From: a virus
Lineage: Duplodnaviria; Heunggongvirae; Uroviricota; Caudoviricetes
Strand: one strand, 5' to 3'
Virus record (IMG/VR): IMGVR_UViG_2681813161_000004
Length of the DNA: 22,216 nucleotides
The notes below the pieces were generated by a model that was given only the letters and a program-made list of their open reading frames with translations, had not been told where the DNA came from and did not search any database. Positions within the stretch are counted from its first letter, which is position 1, and every line of letters begins with the position of its first letter. Of the stretch, positions 7,980 to 17,598 are shown in pieces. The position numbers and the translations under genes were made by a program.

Positions 7980-10900
7980 CTACCTCACAACAACCAGCAA
8001 ATCGCTGATACTTGCTGTGGGATACCAGCCATTTACCAGCCATGCCGATACAGAAAACTCCAGCGTCATGTGACCGTGACCGGCAGGCATATCAATAACA
8101 CCCGTATATATCAGCGTATTATCCAGGGTCGTTCGGTTATAAATTTCAGCACCGTTTTTCTTCACTATCAGGCTGCATGACGAATAAATATTGTTATTCT
8201 TCCGCTCATGTTTAGCACCGCGAAACGCCACCGCGGGAATAACAATTTGCCGATCAAACGGCTGATCGTCATAAACCCTGACGGTAATGGTCCCTGATGG
8301 CCACCTCTCCGGTGCCCGGGAGTCCCGTGGGAAAGGTTTGCCCACTGTTTTAACGAGATCGCCTTCAATCTGGTTCGCGGACAATTTTCCCAGAACCCGA
8401 CAGTTCTTATTAATCGTGACGTTGTTGAGCGTCCCGGAGTTCGCGTTCACGTTACCGCTGATATCGGCATTTTTCGCCGTCAGCCGTCCGCCAGGTGTCA
8501 GGGAAAATGCCGGAGGATTACCGCCGCTGGTAATGGTCGGAGCCGTCAGGCGTTTCAGGAACACGTCGTTCATGAATATCTGATCGCCCTGACCAACAAA
8601 CATCGGCTTTGTGTTGCCATTCGCAGGATTAATCATCGCAATCCTGTCTGCCGCCAGCAGCACCTGACTCTGCATTCCTGCTGGCGTATTCTCAATACCG
8701 GCACCGATACCCGCAATATAAAGGCGTCCGTCCTTCATCTGTTGCAGCTTCACAGCCCACATGCTGTTCAGGTTATTATTTGTATCAACCTGAACTTTCT
8801 GTATCTGCTGGATTGCAGCACTCTGATTTTCCAGTTTTTTATTGACGGTTTGCGTGATTTCATTGCTGACATTCGTAATGGACGTCCTGATTTCAGTCAG
8901 GTCCGGCGCAAGCTGACCGTTATCAATCTGCGTCCACAACTCCTTGCCGAGATGCGTGTTATTGATCAACCCTTTATAAAAACTCAGATAACCTTCCGCA
9001 TCATCGCTCGCCCGACCGACGGCCTCCACAAATGCCGATTTGCCAACGGTGTTCACACTGCGAACGTAAAAATAATAATCATGGCCCGGCCTGATATTGA
9101 TACTGGCGGCTATCCAGTACAGCGCCGTGCCAAGATAGCGGGCGCTGGTTTCAACCTGCCTGATATCCGCAATCCGCTTTTCCGAAAACCAGAACTCAAA
9201 CTGCACCGTCGGGTCGTATACAGCCAGTTTCGGGACCGCCGTTATCTGAAAATACCCCGGTATCAGTTCAATAGTGACAGGCGCTGCCGGTGCCGCAATC
9301 CGGAACGATACCGACGCCGGATCGCCCTGCTGCCCCCGGGCATTTACCGCCCGGACTGTCAGACTGTAATTCCCCAGCGCCAGCTGCCTGAAGCGGTATG
9401 TGGTTTCCGTCGTCCTGGCTGTGCTGACCAGCCGCTCACTGCCGTCGTCCGCTGCCACGGTCAGGCGAAGCAGGAAGCTCACACCCTTCACCACCTTCGG
9501 CGTGTCCCATCGCGCCAGCACCTGATATTCCCCGCTGTCTGCGGTGACTTCGGCGGTCAGATGCTGCACCGCTGGCGGCGTGACACCATTCACCGTGCCG
9601 CGCCGGTCACCGTCAAAGTGTGCCCCGTTATCCACGATGGCCTCTTTTTCCGGCACATGCTGCACGGCGGTGATGGCATACGTGCCGTCGTCGTTCTCAC
9701 GGATACTCACGCAGCGGAACAGGCGCTGGCGCAGCGTCGGCAGCTTCAGCCCCCACACGCTGTATTCTGCAACGCCGTCAGGAACCCGGCTCACTTTCAC
9801 CTTCACGCCGTCGGTGACGGACTGAACCTCCACGCTGACCGGATTGCCATTTCCGTCAACCAGGCTTATCAGCGTGGTACAGGAGGACGGCAGCGTGATT
9901 TCACGGTCGAGCGTCAGCGTCCGGGTCTGGCTGTTCACCGCCAGTACGCGACCACCGGTGCTGATACCGGCATAATCATCATCGCAGATTTCAATGACAT
10001 CACCCGGTACATGGCGAAGCCCTTCTGCGCCGACGCTGAAGTCCACGGTCTGCGTTTCCAGCAGTTCCGTTTTAATCAGCCACAGCCCGGCGCGGTGCGC
10101 CTGTCCCCGGCTGGTACAGCCAAAGGCATCCATCTTCGTGACGTTACGACCGTAACGGAGAATGGCCTGCGCGTCCTCCACAAGCTCTGTCGCCGTCTCA
10201 TGACCGTTGTCCGGATCAATCCAGTTCACCTCAACGACATTATGGCGGTCCTTCAGGGCGCTGAAGCTGTAGCGGAACGGCGCGCCATCATCCGGCATCA
10301 CCACATTACTGCGGTTATAGGTCCACACTTTATCCGACGGTCGGTCCTGCACGAACGTCAGCGTCTGCCCGTTCCATACCGGCATACAGCGCATCGCCGA
10401 GCAGAAATCACTGAGAACATCCCACGCCTTACGCTGTGTGGTCAGGTAAGCGTTACAGGTGATGCGCGGCTCCGTGCCGCCAAATCCGTCCGGCACTGAC
10501 TGGTCGCAGTACTGGCCGATGACATACAGCGCCCATTTGTCCACATCTGCCGCACCAAGACGTTTCCCCATGCCGTAGCGCGGATGAGTGAGCATGTCCC
10601 ACCGACACCAGGCCATGTTGTTGCTGTATGCTGGCTTAAGCGTTCCGTCCCAGATACCGCTGTATTGCCGCGTCTGCGGGTTATAGTTCGACGGCACCTG
10701 CAGAATGCGCCCGCGAAGATGATAATTGCGACTCACCTGCTGGTTACCGAACTGCTCTGAATCCACCTGCACGCCGACCAGCGCCGTGTTCGGGTAGCAC
10801 TGTTTCACATCGATGATTTCGGTGTACGACGACCAGAGCGTTTTGTTCTGCAGCTGGTCTGTGGTGCTGTCCGGTGTCATCCTGCGCATCCGGATATTAA

Positions 10901-11429
10901 ACGGGCGCGGCGGCAGGTTACCCACCACCACCGAGGCCAGATACTGCGAAGTGGTTTTGCCCTTAATGGTGATGTCTTTTTCCGTCACCCAGCCACCGTT
11001 ACGCTGTATCTGAACCAGCAGGCGGACTTCCGACGGATTCCGGTCCCCCTTTGAGGTGTTTTCCACCAGTGCCTGCACACTGAAGGTCAGGCGCAGACGA
11101 TCAATGTTTGCCGACGTGATGGTCCGGGTGATCGGCGTGTCGTATTTCACTTCCGTACCCAGCACAGTCTCTGAGCCGGAAGATTCAAACCCCTCCGGCG
11201 GTGTCTGCTCCTGCTCGCCGGCGCGGAACACCACCGTAACACCGGAAAAGTTTGTCTTCCCCTCGCTGTCCAGGACTGGCGTACCGTTCAGCAGCACGCT
11301 TTTTAATCCATCCACCGGACCGTCAACCGGCCCTTCGCTGATGGCATCAATCACACTCAGCAACTGCGTGGATTTCAGGTTGTCCTTCGCTTCGCGCGGG
11401 GTATGCCCCTTACTGCTGCCTTTACCCAT
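7980..11429 (-). CDS. J: Tail tip / host specificity protein J (central tail fibre)
   Basis: 1149-aa intact ORF; the N-terminal ~800 residues closely follow lambda J as recalled ([34 protein letters not shown]...); the C-terminal ~300 residues diverge. Confidence 0.95.
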   Translation of the reverse strand: MGKGSSKGHTPREAKDNLKSTQLLSVIDAISEGPVDGPVDGLKSVLLNGTPVLDSEGKTNFSGVTVVFRAGEQEQTPPEGFESSGSETVLGTEVKYDTPITRTITSANIDRLRLTFSVQALVENTSKGDRNPSEVRLLVQIQRNGGWVTEKDITIKGKTTSQYLASVVVGNLPPRPFNIRMRRMTPDSTTDQLQNKTLWSSYTEIIDVKQCYPNTALVGVQVDSEQFGNQQVSRNYHLRGRILQVPSNYNPQTRQYSGIWDGTLKPAYSNNMAWCRWDMLTHPRYGMGKRLGAADVDKWALYVIGQYCDQSVPDGFGGTEPRITCNAYLTTQRKAWDVLSDFCSAMRCMPVWNGQTLTFVQDRPSDKVWTYNRSNVVMPDDGAPFRYSFSALKDRHNVVEVNWIDPDNGHETATELVEDAQAILRYGRNVTKMDAFGCTSRGQAHRAGLWLIKTELLETQTVDFSVGAEGLRHVPGDVIEICDDDYAGISTGGRVLAVNSQTRTLTLDREITLPSSCTTLISLVDGNGNPVSVEVQSVTDGVKVKVSRVPDGVAEYSVWGLKLPTLRQRLFRCVSIRENDDGTYAITAVQHVPEKEAIVDNGAHFDGDRRGTVNGVTPPAVQHLTAEVTADSGEYQVLARWDTPKVVKGVSFLLRLTVAADDGSERLVSTARTTETTYRFRQLALGNYSLTVRAVNARGQQGDPASVSFRIAAPAAPVTIELIPGYFQITAVPKLAVYDPTVQFEFWFSEKRIADIRQVETSARYLGTALYWIAASINIRPGHDYYFYVRSVNTVGKSAFVEAVGRASDDAEGYLSFYKGLINNTHLGKELWTQIDNGQLAPDLTEIRTSITNVSNEITQTVNKKLENQSAAIQQIQKVQVDTNNNLNSMWAVKLQQMKDGRLYIAGIGAGIENTPAGMQSQVLLAADRIAMINPANGNTKPMFVGQGDQIFMNDVFLKRLTAPTITSGGNPPAFSLTPGGRLTAKNADISGNVNANSGTLNNVTINKNCRVLGKLSANQIEGDLVKTVGKPFPRDSRAPERWPSGTITVRVYDDQPFDRQIVIPAVAFRGAKHERKNNNIYSSCSLIVKKNGAEIYNRTTLDNTLIYTGVIDMPAGHGHMTLEFSVSAWLVNGWYPTASISDLLVVVR

Positions 11430-11450
11430 TCCTCACGCTCCATAAACGAC

Positions 11451-11474
11451 AAAACCGCCCGCAGGCGGTTTCAC
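11451..11474 (-). other. GC-rich hairpin followed by a T-run in the I-J spacer (terminator- or attenuator-like)
   Basis: - strand aaaccgcc tgcg ggcggtttt: 8-bp stem, 4-nt loop, T4, 22 nt before the J start codon. Confidence 0.4.
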
Positions 11475-11489
11475 ATGAAACATTTTGCA

Positions 11490-12131
11490 TCAGCGACCAA
11501 TCACCACAACCTGACCACCATCCCCTTCGTCTGCCGTGCTGATCTCCTGAGATACCACCCGCGACCCCACGCGCATTTCACCGTACAGAACAGGCAGAAC
11601 ATTGCCCTGGGCAACCATGTTATCCAGTGAGGAGAAACAGGTGTTCTGTTTGCCGTTATCCGTTGTCTGTGTACGGGGAGTTCTGGCTTTCGGTGCCAGC
11701 ATCTGTGCAACACCGCCAAGCGTCATACTGGCACCGAGAGAAAACAGCAGATTACTCGCCATAATTCCTACCCCCGGCATCCATATAGCAACCGCCATAA
11801 CAGCTGCCCCCAGCACCGCCTGAAACACACCGCCACTTTTAGCTCCCACCAGACGCGGTACTATGTGGATCACTGCACCATTTGCCAGCGGCTCATTAAG
11901 ACGGGCAGACAATTCGGTTTCACCTGCATCACGCCCGGCAATGCGCACCTGATACCAGCCGTCACTCAGTTTCTGACGAAACGCCGGGAGCTGTGTGGCC
12001 AGTGCGCGGATGGCTTCAGCCCCCGTTTTCACACGAAGGTCGATGCGGCGGCCAAATCGTTGCAAATCCCCGTAAAGGCAGATGCGTGCCATTCCCGGTG
12101 ACGCCAGAGGGAGTGTGTGCGTCGCTGCCAT
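11490..12131 (-). CDS. I: Tail assembly protein I
   Basis: 213-aa ORF; N-terminus MAATHTLPLASPGMARICLYGDLQRFGRRIDLRVKTGAEAIRALATQLPAFRQKLSDGWYQVRIAGRD and C-terminus ...VVSQEISTADEGDGGQVVVIGR match lambda I from recall; overlaps K by about 100 nt, as in lambda. Confidence 0.93.
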   Translation of the reverse strand: MAATHTLPLASPGMARICLYGDLQRFGRRIDLRVKTGAEAIRALATQLPAFRQKLSDGWYQVRIAGRDAGETELSARLNEPLANGAVIHIVPRLVGAKSGGVFQAVLGAAVMAVAIWMPGVGIMASNLLFSLGASMTLGGVAQMLAPKARTPRTQTTDNGKQNTCFSSLDNMVAQGNVLPVLYGEMRVGSRVVSQEISTADEGDGGQVVVIGR

Positions 12132-12772
12132 TTGTCGGTATACCTCTCTCGTTTACTCAGTTGTTCAGGAATATGGTGCAGCAGCTCACCGTCGCCGCAG
12201 TAAATGGCGGCATGATTCGGCACCGATGAACCAAAACAGCACAGCAGCACATCGCCCGGTTGTGCTGATGACAACGGCACCTGATACAGCCCTGTGGCCT
12301 CCAGATTATCCAGATAGAGATTCTGACCGTGACGCCACCAGTCATCCCCGCGATGAAAATCCGGCATCTCAATCCCCGCCAGATGATAAGCATCCCGGAA
12401 CAGCGTGTAACAGTCCGTCACCCCGTGCTCAAAGCGCCGCCCGGTGAGATGCGGCACACAGCGGAACTTGTGAATCGCCCCCCGGCAGACCAGCCACCAC
12501 GGCAAATCACTCTGCACCTGCAGCCGCCGGTCAGCCTCACTCAGCCAGGGCAGACCACCGGGATGACTGTGGACCAGTGCCACAATCTCCCCCTGCATCT
12601 CTGCCCGCAGCCAGTCTTCCGGTGCGATACGAAAATACGCCTCCGGCTCTGCAGAAATATTCACACAAGGGATATACCGCTCCCCCTCCGGCGTTCTCAC
12701 CACGAAGCCACACGACTCCGCTGGCGCACATCGCCGGGCGTGCGCCAGAATCGCTGATTCTGTCTGTGTCAT
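12029..12772 (-). CDS. K: Tail assembly protein K (JAMM/MPN plus NlpC/P60-like domains)
   Basis: Starts MTQTESAILAHARRCAPAESCGFVV... with the HSHPGG metal-binding motif; matches lambda K from recall. The ORF-track start at 13036 is an antisense-like extension with no homology and is rejected. Confidence 0.92.
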   Translation of the reverse strand: MTQTESAILAHARRCAPAESCGFVVRTPEGERYIPCVNISAEPEAYFRIAPEDWLRAEMQGEIVALVHSHPGGLPWLSEADRRLQVQSDLPWWLVCRGAIHKFRCVPHLTGRRFEHGVTDCYTLFRDAYHLAGIEMPDFHRGDDWWRHGQNLYLDNLEATGLYQVPLSSAQPGDVLLCCFGSSVPNHAAIYCGDGELLHHIPEQLSKRERYTDKWQRRTHSLWRHREWHASAFTGICNDLAAASTFV

Positions 12773-12776
12773 GGAT

Positions 12777-13476
12777 TTACTGAGAAAGTTTATTGATGGA
12801 AAGGAAACCGCCGAAATTACCGGTATTGTTGCGCAACTCACACCCGCGCATACACTTGCTGCATTTGTCCTTCCGGATATCCGTCGTTGGTTTGTCGAAC
12901 TCGTCAGCCACTGCCCTGCCCGTGTAACCACACTCATCAGAACGGTAGGTCCACATACAGGTATTCGCCAGCATGATACGCCCCGGGAAAACCGCGCCAT
13001 CCGTCTCCGTTGGTGTGGCCAGCACAAAAGAGGCACTGACCGCGCTCAGTTCGCTGCACTGCTCGATGCGCCAGCGGCTGATCACCTCCTGCTCCGGATC
13101 GGCGTCACTGTTTCCGTTGACGAAGTTCACCGCATCCAGAAAACGGGCGTAAACCTTACGCCGGACCACCGTTCCGCCGACCAGACTCTGCAGATCTTCC
13201 GCCATCCCGGCGACCATACCGTACAGGTTAGAAACCGTCAGCGTGGGGCGCGTACTGGTGCCTTTGCCATTCAGTTCAAAACCACTCCCCCTGAATGGGA
13301 TACGGCTGATACTGTCGCCCCTGCCAGGTGACCGGCTCACCTTTTTCGTTCTGCTCATTACAGAAAAAATAACGTTCTCCACCGACCTCTGTCAGGTCGA
13401 TTTCCCAGAGCACCACGCTGGCCGACTGCTCCGCACGGGTGCATTCATTCAGTGTTTCCTGCCGGATATCCTGCAT
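12777..13476 (-). pseudogene. L: Tail tip protein L, disrupted by a +1 insertion in a G-run (five C on plus strand, 13287-13291)
   Basis: N-terminal piece (13276-13476) MQDIRQETLNECTRAEQSASVVLWEIDLTEVGGERYFFCNEQNEKGEPVTWQGRQYQPYPIQG then stop; C-terminal piece in another frame resumes ...GSGFELNGKGTSTRPTLTVSNLYGMV...FLSINKLSQ. Removing one G from cagggggagtgg restores PYPIQGSGFELNGKG, exactly as in lambda L from recall. Confidence 0.85.
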
Positions 13477-13805
13477 CAGTTCACCACCTGTTCAAAATCG
13501 GCCGTTACAGTCACCCATAACGCCCCCACGCTTGCCGACCATTTACGACAAGCCACCCTGATCGGTTTCCAGTCATAAGGTGGCGTCCACTGAAATGCGC
13601 GGACGCCACCGTGCCGTTCCAGAAAGGCTTTTAAAGGTGGGTGTTCACCTTTACGAACACGTATCGTCACGCTGTAAGTCGACAGCAGATTATTCAGTCC
13701 CGCCGGGCGACGCTGTTCATAACCATCACCCAGCTTCACTGCCACCACTTTTGGCTCTGATACCACATTCATATCCGGGCGCACCTTCCAGCGAAACGTC
13801 TCCAT
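13476..13805 (-). CDS. M: Tail tip protein M
   Basis: 109-aa ORF METFRWKVRPDMNVV...GDGYEQRRPAGLN...WTPPYDWKPI...FEQVVN, matching lambda M from recall; start overlaps the H stop (TAATG), stop overlaps the L start (TGATG). Confidence 0.93.
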   Translation of the reverse strand: METFRWKVRPDMNVVSEPKVVAVKLGDGYEQRRPAGLNNLLSTYSVTIRVRKGEHPPLKAFLERHGGVRAFQWTPPYDWKPIRVACRKWSASVGALWVTVTADFEQVVN

Positions 13806-16800
13806 TACCGGTATGCTCCACTTAACCGGCCACCATCACGGGCCTGCTGTTGCATAAAGTCCGCGGCCGCTTTTTTCCCGAGGTCATAAACCACCTTCAG
13901 TGCTGCCGGACCTATCTGCCCGTTCGTGCCGTCGTTATTGATCCCGATGTTGTACTGCGGGGCAAACATCACCATGCCTGAACCACCAGTATCCGCCACA
14001 ACCCCCAGCTTACCATCAGCACCGCGACGCAGTGGCAGAATGGCTTCAGGTCCCGCTTCCCCCATCACACCCGCGCCTTTTGCAAAAGCAAAAAACGTCG
14101 GACGGTTAACCACCGTGCCACTGTAGCGACTCAAATCAGCAGACTGGTAAACACCGCCATCAGCATTAGTCGTGAAGCCGAATAAAGAGCCGACGCCCTT
14201 TACCGCCTGCATCATGGCCATCTGTGCCATAATTCTGGCCATATCTGACAACAGGGAAGAGGTGAAGGATTTAAAATTCAGCTTACCGGTGGTACAGAAT
14301 GTCGCCAGTGCATTACCGGCACTGCTGAATGCCACTGTAAACATCTGTTCTGCCGTTCCCACCGCATTATCCGCATCCGCCGTAAAATTCTGAAACGCCC
14401 GCATGGCACCGTTTTTCCAGTCGCCCTGCGCCACTTCCAGTTCCTGCCAGTAGCGTTTGTTTTCATTCAGTTGTCGCTTCAGGCTCCCCTTCAGCACCTC
14501 CTCAGCCCTCCGGTAGTCCTCCGTCCCGTAAGTGCCTTTCTGGCGACTGTCATTCTCAAGCTGTTGCAACTGTTGCCGGTATTCCTGCCGGATGCGCAAC
14601 TGTGCCTGGTAGCGCTGCCGCTGCTTATCCCCCATACCTGCAGTGGCAATATCCAGATTGTGCTGCTCACGCAGTGCACGTTCTTTGTCTGCCAGCTGGC
14701 TGGTCAGCTGAACCGTTTTTTTTCTCAGGTCGTTAAGCGCTGTCTGTTTCTGCAGCTCCTGCTGTTTCACATCCAGCAGCGTCAGCGCCTGAATCAGCTC
14801 ATTCTTACGGGCCAGCACACTCTTTTCATCTGCCGTCAGCTTTTTCCCGTCCAGGTCGCTGATGCGCTGCTGCAGGGCCAGAAGCTGTTTATGCGCTTCA
14901 GTCATCCTTTCAGTGGCAATGCCTGCTGACTGTCTGGCAGCAGCAATCTGCCCTTCCACCTGTGCCTGCTGCTGACTGTACTGCAGCAATAACCGGGTGG
15001 CCTCATCATTACGGGTTGCCCGTGTATTTTTCTTAATGGCTTTTTCGTAACGTTCATTTTCACGCTGTATCGCCGCATCCCTGACAGCCTGGTCGGCGTA
15101 CTGCATGGCATTAATACGCGCAATTTCCCGCTGATGTCGTGCAGCTTCCGTTTCATTCATCCGGTTCAGCGCGGCATTTTCAGCATTCCGGCGTTTCTGT
15201 TGCTCCTGGTAATTCCGTTCTGCCTGCGCTTTTGCATCCTGCAAATCCTTCCGGCGTTTTTTCTCCTGAAGATCGTTAAGACGCTGCTGATCGTACTCCA
15301 CCTGTGTGGAGGCGTTTGTCCACGGATATTTTTTCGCGCGCTGAATTTTTTCCTGTAACGCATCAATCTGCGCATCCAGCGAGTCTTCACGACCAATATT
15401 CATGGCCGCATCCCAGAACTGCTTCCACCAGTCAGACAAGGTTTGCAGCGTACTACCCAGCGCATTGAGATTATTATCAATATCAGATGTGCGTTTACCG
15501 GTTTCCTCTGCCAGCGCAGACATGGCGATCCGGGCCGCATCACTGGACCGCCCCTGCTCCCCAAGGACGCGTATCTGCTCAAGCTGAGTGGCAGTCAAAA
15601 AATGCAGCGCATTGTCCAGCGCCTTCGCGGCATTTACAGGATCATCCTTCAGCCGCTTAAACTGATTTATGGTATCGCTGACCGACTGGCCAACCGATCG
15701 CTCCATCTGTGCGGCAGCTTTCGCCACCATACCAATATCGTTTCCATGAAATGCCCCACTGCCCACCACCTGTGCCAGCGCACCGGCTGCCGCATGTTGC
15801 GTGATACCATTCCCGGATATGGCCCGGCTGAGTTTCCACAACTGCCCGACAGTGACACCGGCATAATGTCCCGTCAGCGCCAGCTGACGGTTAAATTCCT
15901 CGCCCTCCTTCCGGCCGTCATGCCAGGCTTTACCCAGACCCAGGACCGCCGCGACAAGTCCGCCAATAACGCCGCCAGTCATCATGCCTTTCGGCGACAT
16001 CAGTGCGCCTGTCCATCCGGCACGGTTAGCCAGCGTTATCCCGGATCCCCTCAGCGCACCAAAATTGCCGCGCGCCATCTGACTGATTAACACCCCCAGC
16101 TCCCGCCGGGCTGCCGCACTTTTCAGCCCCAGCGAATGTGTGGCTTTTCCTGCCCGCTCCATTTTGCGGATATACACTTCTGCAGCACTGCTTACCCCCA
16201 GCTGAGCCGCCCTGGCGCGAAGCAACTCAGAAGACGACAGATTCTGGCGGGTTGCCTGCTCTTTAAGCTGGCGGATAAACGCCGCTTTCTGCCGGGTGGC
16301 CTGTTCCTCTGCCTGCGTCAGGGCACGGGTTTTCGCCGTGATCTCCGAAATCAGCGCCAGATAATCCTGCTGACCAACCCCGCCACTGTTTCTGGCCTGT
16401 CGGATCTGCTGCTGAATACGCTGTAATTCCTGAAGCCCCGCACCGGCCTGTTTCACACTGTCAATCTGGCGATAAAAGGCGGCAGCCGCTTTATCCTGCG
16501 CCTCCGCCAGTGCCCTGGCCTGCGCCTGTTCCTCGCGCATTTTCTGATTCAGGGCATCCACGCGCAGACGGGTTTGTTCCACCTCACGGGCCATGCGTTC
16601 ATGAGCCCGTGCATTCTTCTCCACCGTCTGCGCATGGGCTGATGCTGCTGTTGCAGCCGAAGAAGCCGCATGCATTGTCTGCCGGGCCGCCTGAGTCTGA
16701 CGCTCCATAAAACGCTGCATACGGGCAGAAGACCGTTCTGCATCACCGGCTGCACCATTCAGAAGGTTTTTGATACGGGGAATTTCATTTTTAAACTCTG

Positions 16801-16846
16801 CCGCATCAATCCCCAAATCAATGACCAGGTTGGCTATCTGGTCCAT
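13805..16846 (-). CDS. H: Tail tape measure protein H (about 1013 aa from the ATG at 16846)
   Basis: Long intact ORF; coiled-coil Ala/Gln/Arg-rich middle; C-terminus ...NNDGTNGQIGPAALKVVYDLGKKAAADFMQQQARDGGRLSGAYR matches the lambda H C-terminus from recall. Start chosen at the ATG preceded by GGAGGTG; the ORF-track start is a TTG ten codons upstream. Confidence 0.9.
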   Translation of the reverse strand: MDQIANLVIDLGIDAAEFKNEIPRIKNLLNGAAGDAERSSARMQRFMERQTQAARQTMHAASSAATAASAHAQTVEKNARAHERMAREVEQTRLRVDALNQKMREEQAQARALAEAQDKAAAAFYRQIDSVKQAGAGLQELQRIQQQIRQARNSGGVGQQDYLALISEITAKTRALTQAEEQATRQKAAFIRQLKEQATRQNLSSSELLRARAAQLGVSSAAEVYIRKMERAGKATHSLGLKSAAARRELGVLISQMARGNFGALRGSGITLANRAGWTGALMSPKGMMTGGVIGGLVAAVLGLGKAWHDGRKEGEEFNRQLALTGHYAGVTVGQLWKLSRAISGNGITQHAAAGALAQVVGSGAFHGNDIGMVAKAAAQMERSVGQSVSDTINQFKRLKDDPVNAAKALDNALHFLTATQLEQIRVLGEQGRSSDAARIAMSALAEETGKRTSDIDNNLNALGSTLQTLSDWWKQFWDAAMNIGREDSLDAQIDALQEKIQRAKKYPWTNASTQVEYDQQRLNDLQEKKRRKDLQDAKAQAERNYQEQQKRRNAENAALNRMNETEAARHQREIARINAMQYADQAVRDAAIQRENERYEKAIKKNTRATRNDEATRLLLQYSQQQAQVEGQIAAARQSAGIATERMTEAHKQLLALQQRISDLDGKKLTADEKSVLARKNELIQALTLLDVKQQELQKQTALNDLRKKTVQLTSQLADKERALREQHNLDIATAGMGDKQRQRYQAQLRIRQEYRQQLQQLENDSRQKGTYGTEDYRRAEEVLKGSLKRQLNENKRYWQELEVAQGDWKNGAMRAFQNFTADADNAVGTAEQMFTVAFSSAGNALATFCTTGKLNFKSFTSSLLSDMARIMAQMAMMQAVKGVGSLFGFTTNADGGVYQSADLSRYSGTVVNRPTFFAFAKGAGVMGEAGPEAILPLRRGADGKLGVVADTGGSGMVMFAPQYNIGINNDGTNGQIGPAALKVVYDLGKKAAADFMQQQARDGGRLSGAYR

Positions 16847-17154
16847 AACGCACACCTCCGGAAATACCTTCCCCAAGATGCATCAGTTCTTCGTCCGTTC
16901 GCTCCGGTATCCCGTTCTCTTCCGGTAAAAGGCTGAAATCAGCCACCGCAGCATCACTGCTGCCGGACACCATTCTCACGATCAATGCCTTCAGCGAGGC
17001 AAACTGCGCATCCATCCACACATCACTGAAGCTCTGCATCCGGAAATAATCGCCCCCTCACCAAGCTCAGTGGCCGACATTTCCGACAGCATCCGCCGCC
17101 AGTCTGCCCGCCGGAACTCCCGGGCAAGCCGCATGACAAACTGCATTTCCCGCG
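16818..17154 (-). pseudogene. T: T region of the G-T tail assembly chaperone (-1 frameshift extension of G), apparently interrupted by a further frame change near a five-C run (plus 17053-17057)
   Basis: The -1 frame from the G slippery site is open and protein-like to a stop at 16991-16993 (...REMQFVMRLAREFRRADWRRMLSEMSATELGEG...); a third frame then carries the protein-like ORF 16818-17039 (MQSFSDVWMDAQFASLKALIV...), which ends 29 nt into H. The two pieces cannot be joined without a 1-nt indel around 17040-17060. Confidence 0.45.
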
Positions 17155-17541
17155 TCAGGACTTTTCCGGCGTCAGCGCCTCATGATCATCATCCCCGGCA
17201 TTCTCAATGGTCCCCATACCGCTCAGCGACAGAACCCTCTCCGCCCCCGCGCCCAGCGCATCATACGACCATGTTGTCATAATGGATGCGCAAAGCGTCT
17301 CAACATCCTGAGACTGCTCAGCATTCCACAGTGAGCGGGAAACCAGCCAGGCATTGATATCCATTCCCATACGCAGAAAAGCAATCTGTCGTTCAGCCTC
17401 CGGCAGTTCTCCCTCCTGTGCATCAAACTTTGCCGTTCGCTGCTGAACAAACGTCAGATATTCAATTCTCTGCAGCCCGGACAGCTCACTGAGCACCACG
17501 GACTGTTTTTCATAATTAAACGTATCCTGTTTCAGAAACAT
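17155..17541 (-). CDS. G: Tail assembly chaperone G
   Basis: Starts MFLKQDTFNYEKQSVVLSELSGLQRIEYL..., compare lambda G MFLKTESFEHNGVTVTLSELSALQRIEHL from recall; candidate slippery heptamer G GAA AAG (plus 17161-17167) five codons before the stop, at the position of lambda's G GGA AAG. Confidence 0.88.
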   Translation of the reverse strand: MFLKQDTFNYEKQSVVLSELSGLQRIEYLTFVQQRTAKFDAQEGELPEAERQIAFLRMGMDINAWLVSRSLWNAEQSQDVETLCASIMTTWSYDALGAGAERVLSLSGMGTIENAGDDDHEALTPEKS

Positions 17542-17557
17542 CATGTTCTCCGGATGC

Positions 17558-17579
17558 AAAAAGCCCCGGATAACCGGGC
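17558..17579 (-). terminator. Terminator/attenuator-like hairpin followed by T5 between V and G
   Basis: - strand gcccggttatccggggc followed by ttttt; stem cccgg/ccggg (5 bp, loop ttat, closing g:c uncertain); lies between the V stop (17599) and G start (17541). Confidence 0.45.
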
Positions 17580-17598
17580 AATGATGAGTATCGTCCTG

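Noticed and set aside
8742-10499. 585-aa ORF on the + strand inside J
   Set aside because: Lies antisense to the well-supported J gene; Arg/His/Pro-rich low-complexity translation typical of the reverse strand of a coding region; no recognisable domain.
12773-13036. ORF-track 335-aa version of K starting at 13036
   Set aside because: The upstream 88 codons overlap L in another frame and have junk composition; the lambda-like K begins at MTQTES (12772).
15443-16090. 215-aa + strand ORF inside H (and the other short + strand ORFs across 13926-16936)
   Set aside because: Antisense to the tape measure gene, with no start context or protein-like composition.
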